Origin: Octopus sinensis
Lineage: Eukaryota
Direction: 5' to 3'
Length of the DNA stretch: 64,000 nt
Assembly (NCBI RefSeq): GCF_006345805.1
Contig: NC_043003.1
Coordinates: forward strand, 6,262,001-6,326,000
Part shown: in pieces, positions 52,582 through 63,551 of the stretch
Numbering within the stretch: position 1 is the first letter of the stretch
Layout: every line of letters starts with the position of its first letter
The notes under the pieces: model-generated
Database searches by the model: none
The model's input: the letters and a program-made list of their open reading frames with translations, nothing else
What the model was told of the DNA's origin: nothing
Program-made: the position numbers and the translations under genes

Positions 52582-53039
52582 TTCTTTATAAGCCTAGTAC
52601 TTATTCTATCGATCCCTTTTGACGAACCGCTAAGTTACGGGGACGTAAACACACCAACATAGGTTGTCAAGCGACGGTGGGGGGACAAATACACAGACAC
52701 ACACACACACACACACACGTATGTATATATGCAGAGAGAAAGAGATAGAGAGAGGTACATACGGATACATTAACACACATACATATATTTGCGTGTGTGT
52801 ATATGCATGCATACATATGTATCTATGTGTGTGCATGCACATGTGTATGTATATATATATATGTATGCAGGATTATATATATATATATATATACACACAT
52901 ACATGTGTGTGTATATGTATGTGTTTATATATATATGTATGTGAGTGTATATAGCTAGTAATGAAAAATTAATTCCCTTTGCCAAAAACATTTCTTTCTA
53001 AAAGAAGCCATAAACTCTACAACCTCTTCTTTATTCTCC

Positions 53040-53162
53040 TCCTCCTCTTCCTCTTCGTACTTAAACCAATAATCCGCATTTAGTTATTTATCCCCCTGGA
53101 ACTTAATTCAAAGTTTAAATCTGAAAGTCATCACCGCCGGTGTCAACCCACGAAAAGTAAGT
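53040..53162 (+). promoter_or_regulatory. Possible promoter / non-coding first exon of FDXACB1
   Basis: The ATG exon has its own splice acceptor at 54360, so an upstream exon is implied. A unique island here has CCAAT (53066-53070) and a consensus donor GTAAGT at 53157-53162. Confidence 0.35.
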
Positions 53163-53493
53163 ATTTTTCTATTAAAACTTCTCGTTTCACATAAAAATTG
53201 TTTTATTTCGTCTTTCATGCTTTTCTTTTTTTTAATTATCTTTTATTTTATAATTTCTCCATCCACCCCAGTCTATTTGGTAAAGATTTCTGCGATTGCT
53301 TTTTAAAACTTTGCTAAGATTTCTTCAGTTTTTCTTCAGATTTCTTCACAACATCCCACGTGTTGTGATGGAATGAAATTCACGAGGAAAGACAATAAAA
53401 TACCCAAGTGTTATTTCATGTCTCATGTCGATGGAGTGTAATTTGGTTTCCTCACTCAGCCCGGAATCTGTCGAGATGTGTAGCTTTTACCGG

Positions 53494-53780
53494 TACTACT
53501 AGCGAACAGTGGACCCGGTGCGCGCACTCGCGCATCCGCGCTAGCTAGTCGTTAGTAGTCGATCCTAAACGACTTTTTAACCCTAACCTTAGTTTGTTTA
53601 TAAAAATAATTAATTTACTTAGTTTAAAAAATTATTTACTTTGTTCGAAAAATATTATTCAATTTTCTTTGATAAGTATTCAGCCTTGGAATACAAACAT
53701 ACGCGCAAGTCGTTGTAGGATCGACTACTTACGACTAGCTAGCGCGAGTGCGCGCACCGGGACCATTGTTCGCTAGTACC
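53494..53780. mobile_element. CpG-rich MITE with ~80 bp TIRs
   Basis: tactagcgaacagtggacccggtgcgcgcac... / ...gtgcgcgcaccgggaccattgttcgctagta; second copy at 56727-56969. Confidence 0.8.
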
Positions 53781-54372
53781 TGGGTTAGGTTTATCGTTGA
53801 AGAATTTTAATCGCACGAATTAACAACACCAGTATTTTATTTTTATTTTTTTAAAGTCTGGTCCATATTCTGTCGGGGCTTTTTTTTTTTTGCTTGCCGA
53901 ACCTTTTAGTGTATACCTGCATGTCTTGTGAATGTATACATATGTACGTCGGCATGAGATTCTAACTTTAAGGCGACGAGCTGGCAGAAACGTTAGCACG
54001 CCGGGCAAAATGCTTAGCAGTATTTCGTCTGCCGTTACGTTCTGAGTTCAAATTCCGCCAAGGTCGACTTTGCCTTTCATCCGTTCGGGGTCGATTAAAT
54101 AAGTACCAGTTACGCACTGGGGTCGATATAATCGACTTAATCCGTTTGTCTGTCCTTGTTTGTCACTTCTGTGTTTAGCCCCTTGTGGGTAGTAAAGAAA
54201 TAGGCATGAGACTCTAACTTTCGACAACACAAGCAACAATGGACAAACATTCACCATTCCATCTCAAACATTAATTACCCCCCCCCCTCACTTTTTATGG
54301 ACCCCAAATGTAATTCAGTTAAATTTCTTATAAAATACTAATTTTATTCTCTATTTTCAGTAGACATTATCG

Positions 54373-54556
54373 ATGAACCAACCCGTCTTTGATAGTTCCA
54401 AACTTCTTCTCGTGGGTGACGGCGATTTCTCTTTTACATTGGCCCTCACCAATTATGTGGAACCGTCCAGTATTGTCACCAGCAACTTGGAAACTGAAGA
54501 ATCTATCAAAAGATACAAAAATGCCTGCATTAACATGGAAAAACTCAAAGAAAAAG
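54373..54556 (+). CDS. FDXACB1: FDXACB1 coding exon 1 (Bmt5/DUF2431 SAM-methyltransferase-like N-terminus)
   Basis: Acceptor ctattttcag ends at 54360 and ATG is at 54373. Translation MNQPVFDSSKLLLVGDGDFSFTLAL...NMEKLKEKG contains the LLVG(D/E)G(D/N)FSF motif of the Bmt5/FDXACB1 family. GT donor at 54557, phase 1. Confidence 0.9.
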
Positions 54557-55061
54557 GTTTGCAACATTTTTGAAATATTGCATATTTTAAAAATATTTTG
54601 TGTTTTCTGTCAATTTGATTCCTTAAGGTTTTCCCAAATTTGTTTCCAAATTCTCAGCAGAAGCAAGTCAGTGGCCATGACCTTTGGAGGTCATCCTAGG
54701 TTAATGGAATTAGTGTTGTTGATGTTAAGTTTGAAAATAGCCTCAGTTTGCAGGTCAACTAACAAAGCCCAAACACATTGGTGTCCATGTTCTTGTTTGA
54801 CCTCAGGTCACATCATCATAAATGATCCAGGGTGAAAGATCACCTCTTCAACAAAAATGTTCTGGCTGTGAACATCCTTTTCTTTTATTCAGACATTGTG
54901 TATCTGGGACTCCATTATCCAGTATGGCTTACATTTTTTTTAAAGCAGTATGACGTGATTTGAAGATAGTTTGGCAGCTATTTCTAGTAGACTGAATGAC
55001 CTAGTCGAGGGTCCATCAGTTGCTTGTATGTCTAGTATACAATTTATATATAGTCCATCAA

Positions 55062-55092
<31 letters not shown>

Positions 55093-56134
55093 CACATAGA
55101 GGGAAACTACTATGTGGACACCCTTATGCTAGAAATAGATCCGCTATGGTCTTACCACTAAGAAATGTTCTCAAGAAAAATTTAGCAAAACAACCAAAAC
55201 GTAATCGAGCAAGACAAAACCGACTTTTGGGCCACTCTGTGTGTGTGTGTGCCTCCTCTGTTTTGATGTCACATGATAGTTATAAACGAGTGTCACCATC
55301 ATACAAACAGACTCCTTCGCTTGCAATGGGGAAGTGAGTGAGGGTTGGTGACAGGAAAGGTATCCAGCTGTCGAAGGTCTATAACAGCAAATTATGTCTA
55401 ACCCATGCAAGCATGGGAAACTGTATGTTAAAATGAAAAGGATTATATAACCCTAACCTTAACCCATCATCATCATCATTTAACGTCCACTTTCCATGCT
55501 ATCATGGGTTGGACGATTTTGACTGAGGGCTGGTGAACCAGATGGCTGCACCAGGCTCCAATCTTGATCTGGCAGAGTTTCTACAGCTGGATGCCCTTCT
55601 TAATGCCAACCAATCTAAGAGTGTAGTGGGTGCTTTTTACATGTCACCGCCACGGGGCCAGTCAGGCGGTACTGGCAATGACCTCACTCGAATCTTTTTA
55701 CACATGCCAACGGCACAGGTGCCAGTAAGGTAATGCTGGTAACGATCACGCTTGAATGGTGTCTTTTATGTGCCACTGGCACAGAAGCCGGTTAGCTGCT
55801 CTGTCAATGATCACACTTAAATGGAGCTCTTTGCACCCTGCTAACACAGACGCCAGTCATCAAATTTGATTTTGATTTATACTGATTAGTGTATAGTCAT
55901 CAAATATGTAATATAAAATGTCAAATTCTTTTATTTTTTTACTTATTTCAGTCATTTGATTGTGACCATGCTGGAGCTTGTTATTCTAGTACTTATTTTA
56001 TCAGTCTCTTGTGCCGAACTGCTAAGTTACGTGGGAATAAACACACCAACATCAGTTGTGAAGTGATGGTGGTGGTGGGGGGAAACAGACACACAAATAC
56101 ATACATATACCGCGTCGCCTTACTAGTACTTGTG

Positions 56135-56384
56135 CACCGCCAGAAAATATTGCTGACAACCTACAGCAGAAATTGTATTCACCTCAATAGACGTCATTGA
56201 TTGGTTGAAATTGCGAAATGCAAGAAATTAAACAACAAATAGCTTACAAACTACAGAATTTTCTCAAGAAAGCCAAGAGAAAAAGATGTTTTATAAACAC
56301 ATTCTACCAGTATACGAGGTTTGAAAGTGTTTAAATTACAAAGAAATTATTTTAAAAATCTGTCGGTCAAAGTGAAAAGATCCG
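56135..56384. mobile_element. Same palindromic MITE, centre + right arm
   Basis: Ends ...gtcaaagtgaaaagatccg, mirroring cggatcttttcattttgac at 51275. Confidence 0.75.
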
Positions 56385-56726
56385 AGCTAAGCTCAGGTTA
56401 GAAATCAACAACACTAAAGCGGGGTAACTCTTTGGCCGAATACCAGAGTTGTTTCCCTTACGTCTAATAGTAGTTTAATTTTGATCGTTTTTTTTCTGTT
56501 TGCCTTTCTACAATCATTAACAACACCGTCTGTCATAATGAGTAGCGCGTGTGCATTTATGCAAAACCTTTCGAGGATCTGGCGGAGTTGGTACAGAAGT
56601 GGTCTAAATATATTGTAATATTACGTTATGATCTGAGTTCCACTCCTACCAAGATCAATGTCGTCTTTCACACTTTTTTGGGGTGGGAGCCATTAAATGG
56701 AGACCTGATAAATTTCTGGCGGGTCC

Positions 56727-56969
56727 TACTTGAGAATAGTGGTCCCGGTGCGCGCACTCGCATATTCGCGCATCCGCGCCAGTTAGTCGTGACTAGTCGA
56801 TCCTTACTTTGTGTTTTTGTGTTTTATTTACTTTGTGTAAATAAATTATTTATTTTGTGTTTTATTTACTTTGCTAGGTAGTCGTTGTAGGATCGACTAC
56901 TTACGACTAGCTAGCGCGTATGCAAGACTACGCGTGTGCGCGCACTGGGACCACTGTTCGCTAGTAGTA
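56727..56969. mobile_element. CpG-rich MITE, second copy (FDXACB1 intron)
   Basis: Same TIRs as 53494-53780 with a different AT-rich centre. Confidence 0.8.
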
Positions 56970-57911
56970 CCTTTCTGGGGTCTCTTTATATCATTGTGTT
57001 CTGGACCCCTAATTTCTGTCTTTATGTCTAAGATCAGAAATCATTTTTATGTCCAATCACAAGACAACACTGTGTAAAATCGGTAGAGCATCAGGGAAAA
57101 TCTTTCATGGTTTTCGTCCCTTTCCATTCTAGCTTTTAAATCCTGCCAAGACTGGCTTCATTTTTCATCCACCCATCATCAACTCCGTCTCATCAGAGAA
57201 TTATACCCTGTGAACCAATGAGACAACTTCAACACCAGCAATATTTCAATATTTTGATATTATGGTATCCCATGGCAGCGAGTTGGCAGAATTGTTAGAA
57301 CGCCAGGTGAAATGCTTCGCAGTATTTCGTCTGCTGTTACGTTCTGAGTTCAAATTCCACCAAAGTCGACTTTGCCTTTCATCCTTTCGGGGGACGATAA
57401 ATTAAGGACCTCTTACGCACTGGGGTCGATAAATTAAGGACCACTTACAGGGTCCATGCAGGAGGCTTTGATCAGTCCAATGGCCACAATCGGTTGGTGC
57501 TTTTTACGTGCCACCAGCATGGAAGCCAGTCTTGGGGAAATGGAATTCTACTATAGCCTTGGACTGATCAAAGCCTCCTGCATGGACCCTGTCAGCAGAA
57601 ACTGAAGCAAGCCTGTTGTGTGTGGTGTGCGACAGCAGAATCCAATACATGTGTGTGTGTGTGTCTTCTTAGGTTGAGATCATGCAACAGTTGTAAACGA
57701 GTGTCCTCATCATAGAAGCAGTGTCCCTTGTAGAAAATCTGCCTCAACGAGTTCCATCTGACCCATACAAGCAAGGAAAAGTGGATGTTAAATGATGATG
57801 GAAATACAGAATAAACTTTTAAAAAAAGCTGAGAGTGTCTGTTCACAGTTTTAGTATCTTTTTGTTGGGGCACCAGAGTATTAATTTCTTTATTGCCCAC
57901 AGGGTACTAAA

Positions 57912-58802
57912 CATGTGTAGTCCACGCACCTTCCAACAACATCAGTTCGGGTTCAGTCCTGCAGACTGTCATCATACGTCTGCTTTGCATGCTAGCATGG
58001 GTTGAATGGTTTGACCGGGGTCTGGGAAGCCAGGAGGCTGCACCAGGCTCCAGTCTGATTTGGCAGTGTTTCTACAGCTGGATGCCCTTCCTAACACCAA
58101 CCACTCTGTGAGTGTAGTGGGTGCTTTTTATGTGCCACCGGCACAGGTGCCTGGGAAGGCTGGCAAAGGCCACGATTGGTTGGTGCTTTCTACGTGCCAC
58201 CGGCACGGAAGCCAGTCTAGGCGGTGCTGGCATCGGCCACAAACGGTTGGTGCTTTTTTACTTGCCACCGGCATGGAAGTCAGTCAAGGTGGTGCTGGCA
58301 TCGACCACGTACAGATGGTGGTTTTTTACGTCCCACCGGTACGGGTGCCAGCCTCCCCTGGCACCCATACCGGTGGGACGTAAAAAACCACCATCTGTAC
58401 GTGGTCGATGCCAGCACCACCTTGACTGACTTCCATGCCGGTGGCAAGTAAAAAAGCACCAACCGTTTGTGGCCGATGCCAGCACCGCCTAGATTGGCTT
58501 CCGTGCCGGTGGCACGTAGAAAGCACCAACCAATCGTGGCCTTTGCCAGCCTTCCCAGGCACCTGTGCCGGTGGCACATAAAAAGCACCGACTACACTCA
58601 CAGAGTGGTTGGTGTTAGGAAGGGCATCCAGCTGTAGAAACACTGCCAAATCAGACTGGAGCCTGGTGCAGCCTCCTGGCTTCCCAGACCCCGGTCAAAC
58701 CATTCAACCCATGCTAGCATGGAAAGTAGACGTATGATGACAGTCTGCAGGACTGAACCCAAACCGATGTTGTTGGAAGGTGCACACAGTGGACTACACA
58801 TG
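57912..58802. repeat. Near-perfect ~440 bp-arm palindrome with 6-nt loop, in FDXACB1 intron
   Basis: Symmetry axis at 58354.5 (loop cctccc 58352-58357); mirror-image ORFs 58060-58383(+) and 58326-58649(-). Confidence 0.95.
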
Positions 58803-59139
58803 CACTGGTTTGGTGCATTTAGAAATCACCGAAGTTTTTTTAAGATATGCAGGCACTTCTTCAGCCCACTTCAAATAACACATTTGAAGATCATAGGAGG
58901 ACACAGGCTGCTGTACAGGGTTGCTCAACCTACTAAAAATCAGCAACAATACACATATGATTGATGATAGATCGTTAGCCACTACACACATTTTTTCTCT
59001 CCTTGTTTTTTGTGTCCCTTTCTGTAGAAGAGCATAGGCTCGAAACGTAAAAGACTTTTTCTATTCCTAAGCGTTATACTAATACATCTGCTCGTTTTGT
59101 ACACCACCTGTCTTCATCTTGGTTTTTTTCGTAAACTCT

Positions 59140-59177
<38 letters not shown>

Positions 59178-59270
59178 GTATGTATGTAAACTAAAATATT
59201 GTACTATTTTGAAATTGCTCTGTCATCATCATCGTCATCATATCTTGTGTCTCACTGCCTCCCTATACAG

Positions 59271-59427
59271 GATGCCAAGTTATCTTAGACTTAGATGCCA
59301 CAAAGTTACACCAAGACATTGAGCTAAAGAATGAGGCCTTTGAAAGAATCATTTTCAACTTCCCTCACGTTGGCGGCAAATCAAACAACAAAAAGAACCG
59401 AGCACTTTTGAGAAATTTCTTTAAAAG
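59271..59427 (+). CDS. FDXACB1: FDXACB1 coding exon 2
   Basis: Acceptor ccctatacag ends at 59270; phase 1 entry gives GCQVILDLDATKLHQDIELKNEAFERIIFNFPHVGGKSNNKKNRALLRNFFKS (D(A/C)T and IxFNFPHxG...NRxLL motifs). Donor GTCAGA at 59428, phase 2. Not shown in the ORF track. Confidence 0.92.
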
Positions 59428-59502
59428 GTCAGAAAAATAAGTTTTTTTTTTTTACATAATTTTTTGTTGTATATTTTATTTCCAGGCACCATTAGCTACA
59501 GG

Positions 59503-60483
59503 CCACCACCACACAACCATCATAAACTCAATTACCAATCATTAATTATTGCACAGCTCCCCCTGGTGAGATGTACCCCCTTATAATTCCTATTTATTAT
59601 ATCTAGGAATACTGGGACACAGAATGGAAAGTAACTTTGAGAGAGACCCAATATAGCGATGAGAACCATTCAGTGGTTTACAATATTTCTTACATTGGTG
59701 GCCAATGCCAGCGCCGCCTTGACTGGCTTCCGTGTCGGTTACACGTAAAATGCACCATCCATACGTGGTCGATGCCAGTGCCACCATGACTGGCTTCCAT
59801 GCCGGTGGCACGTAAAAAGCACCAACTGATCGTGGCCGTTGCCAGCCTCCCCTGGCACCTGTGCAAGTGGCACATAAAAAGCACCCACTACACTCACAGA
59901 GTGGTTGGCGTTAGGAAGGGCATCCAGCTGTAGAAACACTGCCAGATCAGACTGGAGCCTGGTGCAGCCTCCTGGCTTCCCAGACCCCGGTCGAACCGTC
60001 CAACCACTCTGTGAGTGTAGTGGGTGCTTTTTATGTACCACCAGCATGGGGGCCAGAGGAGACTGGCAAATGCCCACGATCGGTTGGTGCTTTTACGTGT
60101 CACCAGCACGGGTGTCTTAACTACTATTTCCATTCAATTAGGAAATGCCTGGGAGATGGAAAGTCTTCCTAATAGGGGCCCAACAGAGGGGACAGTGTAG
60201 ATAGAAGTTGGGAGGGGTGGTGACAGGCAAATCTTTAAGAGCAGAGTTTGTTACAGAAAGGTCATCATGTTGAAACAAAAACCTAAATTAATCTCATCCA
60301 GACTCTCAGCCTCCAGTCTGTTCTCATCACAAAATTGAATCTCTCTCAAAGTCACTTTCCATTCTGTGTCCCAGTATTCCTAGATATAATTAATAGGAAT
60401 TATAAGGGGGTACATCTCACCAGGGGGAGCTGTGCAATAATTAATGATTGGTAATTAAGTTTATGATGGTTGTGTGGTGGTGG
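59503..60483. repeat. 144 bp inverted repeat pair near the two ends of the intron between FDXACB1 coding exons 2 and 3
   Basis: 59503-59646 is the reverse complement of 60340-60483 with only a few mismatches. Confidence 0.92.
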
Positions 60484-60619
60484 TAGTAGTGTTATGATTA
60501 TAGTCTTCATTGTGTTGGTGGTTGTGTGGTGGTAGTAATATTATTTGGTGTTGCCATGGTGATCATTGTACAGTGATGTTGTGGTGGTCATGTCACTTTC
60601 TGTATTTCTATTTCTCTAG

Positions 60620-60823
60620 TGCTTCGTCCATTTTGTCTCCATCTGGTGAAATCATGGTGACCCTGGCAAAGGGTCAAGGTGGAACCCCTGTCGACAGTGT
60701 CCAGAGACTCTGGCCAGACACCTGGCAAGTTGTGTCCATGGCAGCAGACTCCAGCCTAATTCTTACCAAAGTTCTTCCATTCCAAGCAGATCTTTACTCG
60801 GAATATTCCTGCACAGGCTTCAG
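60620..60823 (+). CDS. FDXACB1: FDXACB1 coding exon 3
   Basis: Acceptor tttctctag; ASSILSPSGEIMVTLAKGQGGTPVDSVQRLWPDTWQVVSMAADSSLILTKVLPFQADLYSEYSCTGFR. GQGGTP..D...R.W...WQVV.MAA is characteristic of FDXACB1. Donor GTTTGT at 60824, phase 2 to phase 2. Confidence 0.93.
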
Positions 60824-61498
60824 GTTTGTCGACTCAATTTTAACCTAAGAACCCGATCCTCACAAACAAGTTAATAAATAATGAGGGGCAATATCCAGCA
60901 TCGGAATAGACTGATCCACCCCTATCAGCAAAACAGAAATGTTAAAAGGGTGGTGGTGGTGAAGGGAGCTGAGATGGATAATGTCTTCATTTGGGTCTTT
61001 CGCTTATTGGGTTCCTGTTAGTCCAATTTCATTCTATCACCATGGATAAAGGATGAAGATAAGCCTTCTTCAATTCCCATCCCTTTTATGTAATGAACAA
61101 CAACACTGGACCTGTCCCTAACCCCTTTTCCCTTGACATCTGTGAAATGAAGGTTATTGGCATTAGGAAGGGCATCCAGCTGTAGAAACTCTGCCAGATC
61201 AAGATTGGGGCCTGGTTCAGCCATCTGGTTCGCCAGCCCTCAGTCAAAATTGTCCAACCCATGCTAGCATGGGAAGCGGACGTTAAACGATGATGATGAT
61301 TGTAAGACCTGTTCATGTCCTCTCCCTTCACCCATGCCCATCACTAGCCATCCCTTTCTCTCTCTCTCTCTCTCTCTCTCTTAAGGGAGGTATTTCTCAC
61401 GAACCCTTTAGTACAACTCCTTTCTGCTCCCTGAGTCACCCCTACTAATTCCCTAAAACCCCAAAATCCATTAACTTTCTCTGTTGTTGTTATTACAG

Positions 61499-61660
61499 AA
61501 GTCAAGACAAGGGTTTCTCAACAACTGGAGGCCTCACTCATGTTTTCCAGCTTCAGGAGTCGGTGAGTGTCCCTCACACTCTTCAACTCAAACCTCTCCC
61601 CTTCCTCAAGGGGACACTCAACGCTCCACCTTACCTTTACTCAAAACTTCACAACTACAA
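61499..61660 (+). CDS. FDXACB1: FDXACB1 coding exon 4
   Basis: Acceptor tattacag; continues RSQDKGFSTTGGLTHVFQLQES...KLHNYK (R-SQDKxF motif that follows CTGxR in FDXACB1). Donor GTAAGT at 61661, phase 2. Confidence 0.88.
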
Positions 61661-62124
61661 GTAAGTCACACTTGATATTGGTTTCTTTTTGTAGTTCATT
61701 GATTTCACCCAAGGATATTACTGGTACATATCAAAACAATGTGGAACCTTTTCCTGATCGTTTGGTCAGCTAGAAATAGCAGCAAATCCACCTCTAATCA
61801 CACCTTACTGTCTTTATATGAAAGACACATTGTCCAATGTAACTCTAGACTTATAAAGACAAGGTGGTCATGCCTGGAACGTTTTAATCACTGGTCTGCT
61901 GGATTGGGAAGGACTTGGGGTTAAACATAACTGAGAAATGTGGAGGATATTCAAGGGCAGGACTGAAATGTGGCAAGCATGCCCAGCTGGGTGTCTGAGT
62001 ACATTAGAGTATAAGTTGGTGTGAGGGGAAAACTGAACATTAGAAATAATCTCTCTATATGATTTATAAGTGGACACAGGGGTCGGATGATTGCCAAAGA
62101 AATATTTGTTGAATGACTGGCCTC

Positions 62125-62347
62125 TGTGCCGATGGCACATAAAAGGCACCAACCGATCGTGGCCGTTGCCAGCCTCGCCTGGCACGTAAAAAGCACCCAC
62201 TACATGCACAGAGTGGTTGGCATTAGGAAGGGCATCCAGCTGTGGAAACACTGCCAGATCAGACTGGAGCCTGGTGCAGCCTCCTGGCTTCCCAGACGAA
62301 CCGTCCAACCCATGCTAGCATGGAAAACGGACGACAATGATGATGAT
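62125..62347 (+). mobile_element. Interspersed repeat family D (SINE-like, (GAT)n tail; representative copy)
   Basis: gagtggttggcattaggaagggcatccagctg...ccaacccatgctagcatggaaa...gatgat. Copies at 33260-33400(-), 41330-41565, 55465-55860(-), 57970-58740 (both strands), 59700-60120, 61155-61300. Confidence 0.75.
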
Positions 62348-62989
62348 TCAACAATACATACAAAGCCTGAAATTTTGAGGTGTTGGGGCCTTGTCAATTA
62401 CATCGACCTCCAGCACTCAACTGGTACTTATTCATTGACCCCCAAAGGATGAAAGGCAAAGTGAACCTCAGCAGTATTTGAACTCAAAGTGTAAAGATGG
62501 TGATGAGGAAGAGGTGGAATGCAGCATCAGTGGTGAAGACGATGATGATGATTTTCTTAATTTTTTTTTTTTTCTAAATTTTATATTTTTTTAAGATCCG
62601 TAAGTTGACAGTATCATTGGTGTTTGGGATCTTTGCATTCTGTGTTCAGATCCTGCTAAGTTCAGCTTTATCTTTCATCCCTCTAGGGCCAGTAAAAAAG
62701 TTCTTTCCAAAAGCTGGAGTTGTTGACATCCCAAATTACTGGCCTTAAACCTAAATTTTCAAAAATATTTTATTTCTCTAAAAGTTTTTAATTTAATTTC
62801 CTCTATTCTAATAATCTCATTCCTTATTACATTTCTTTGTTCCTTTTTAACAAAGTCAATAAAGGCTTCAGTAATGACATCATAACCTCTGCTTTATATT
62901 TTTACAGTTTATTAAATTTCATTTTATATTTGGATAAAGAAATATTCTTGTAAAAAAATTAGATGAACAATTTTTCTAAAACTTGTTTT

Positions 62990-63385
62990 GTGTGTTAAGT
63001 AGCTTGCTTACCAACCACATGGTTCCGGGTTCAGTCTCACTGCGTGGCACCTTAGGCAAGTGTCTTCTACTATAGCCTCGGGCCGACTTAAGCCTTGTGA
63101 GTGGATTTGGTAGACGGAAACTGAAAGAAGCCCATCGTATATATGTATATATATATGTGTATGTGTATATATTTGTATGTCTGTGTTTGCCCCTCCAACA
63201 TCGCTTGACAACCGATGCTGGTGTGTGTGTTTACCTCCCCGTAACTTAGCGGTTCGGCAAAAGAGACCGATGGAATAAGTACTAGGCTTACAAAGAATAA
63301 GTTCTGGGTTCGATTTGCTCAACTAAAAAGCAGTGCTCCAGCATGGCCACAGTCAAATAACTGAAACAAGTAAAAAGAGTAAAGA
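62990..63385 (+). mobile_element. SINE family C with CR1-like 3' tail (representative copy, FDXACB1 intron)
   Basis: gggttcagtc B-box-like head, internal microsatellite, 3' cagcatggccacagtcaaataactgaaac. Other copies at 1-47, 13540-13946(-), 24885-25343(-), 42262-42648(-), 52155-52700(-), 55935-56100(-). Confidence 0.85.
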
Positions 63386-63551
63386 GTATTTTATCGAAAA
63401 CCTATATAATCCAACACTTGTTTTAACTAAAACCTGTTTTATCCGTACAACTGTATAATTTTCCTGTTCTGTTACCATTGTTCTCTTTTAATATTTTTTC
63501 CTCCAAACATTTTGTAGATTCTTAAATATCTGATTTTCCTTTTCTTTGCAG

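Noticed and set aside
53578-53592. Telomeric (CCCTAA) repeat
   Set aside because: Only 1-2 degenerate units inside a MITE (similar at 55449-55464); not an interstitial telomere array.
58060-58649. Pair of near-identical convergent ORFs
   Set aside because: Mirror products of the palindrome formed from repeat family D.
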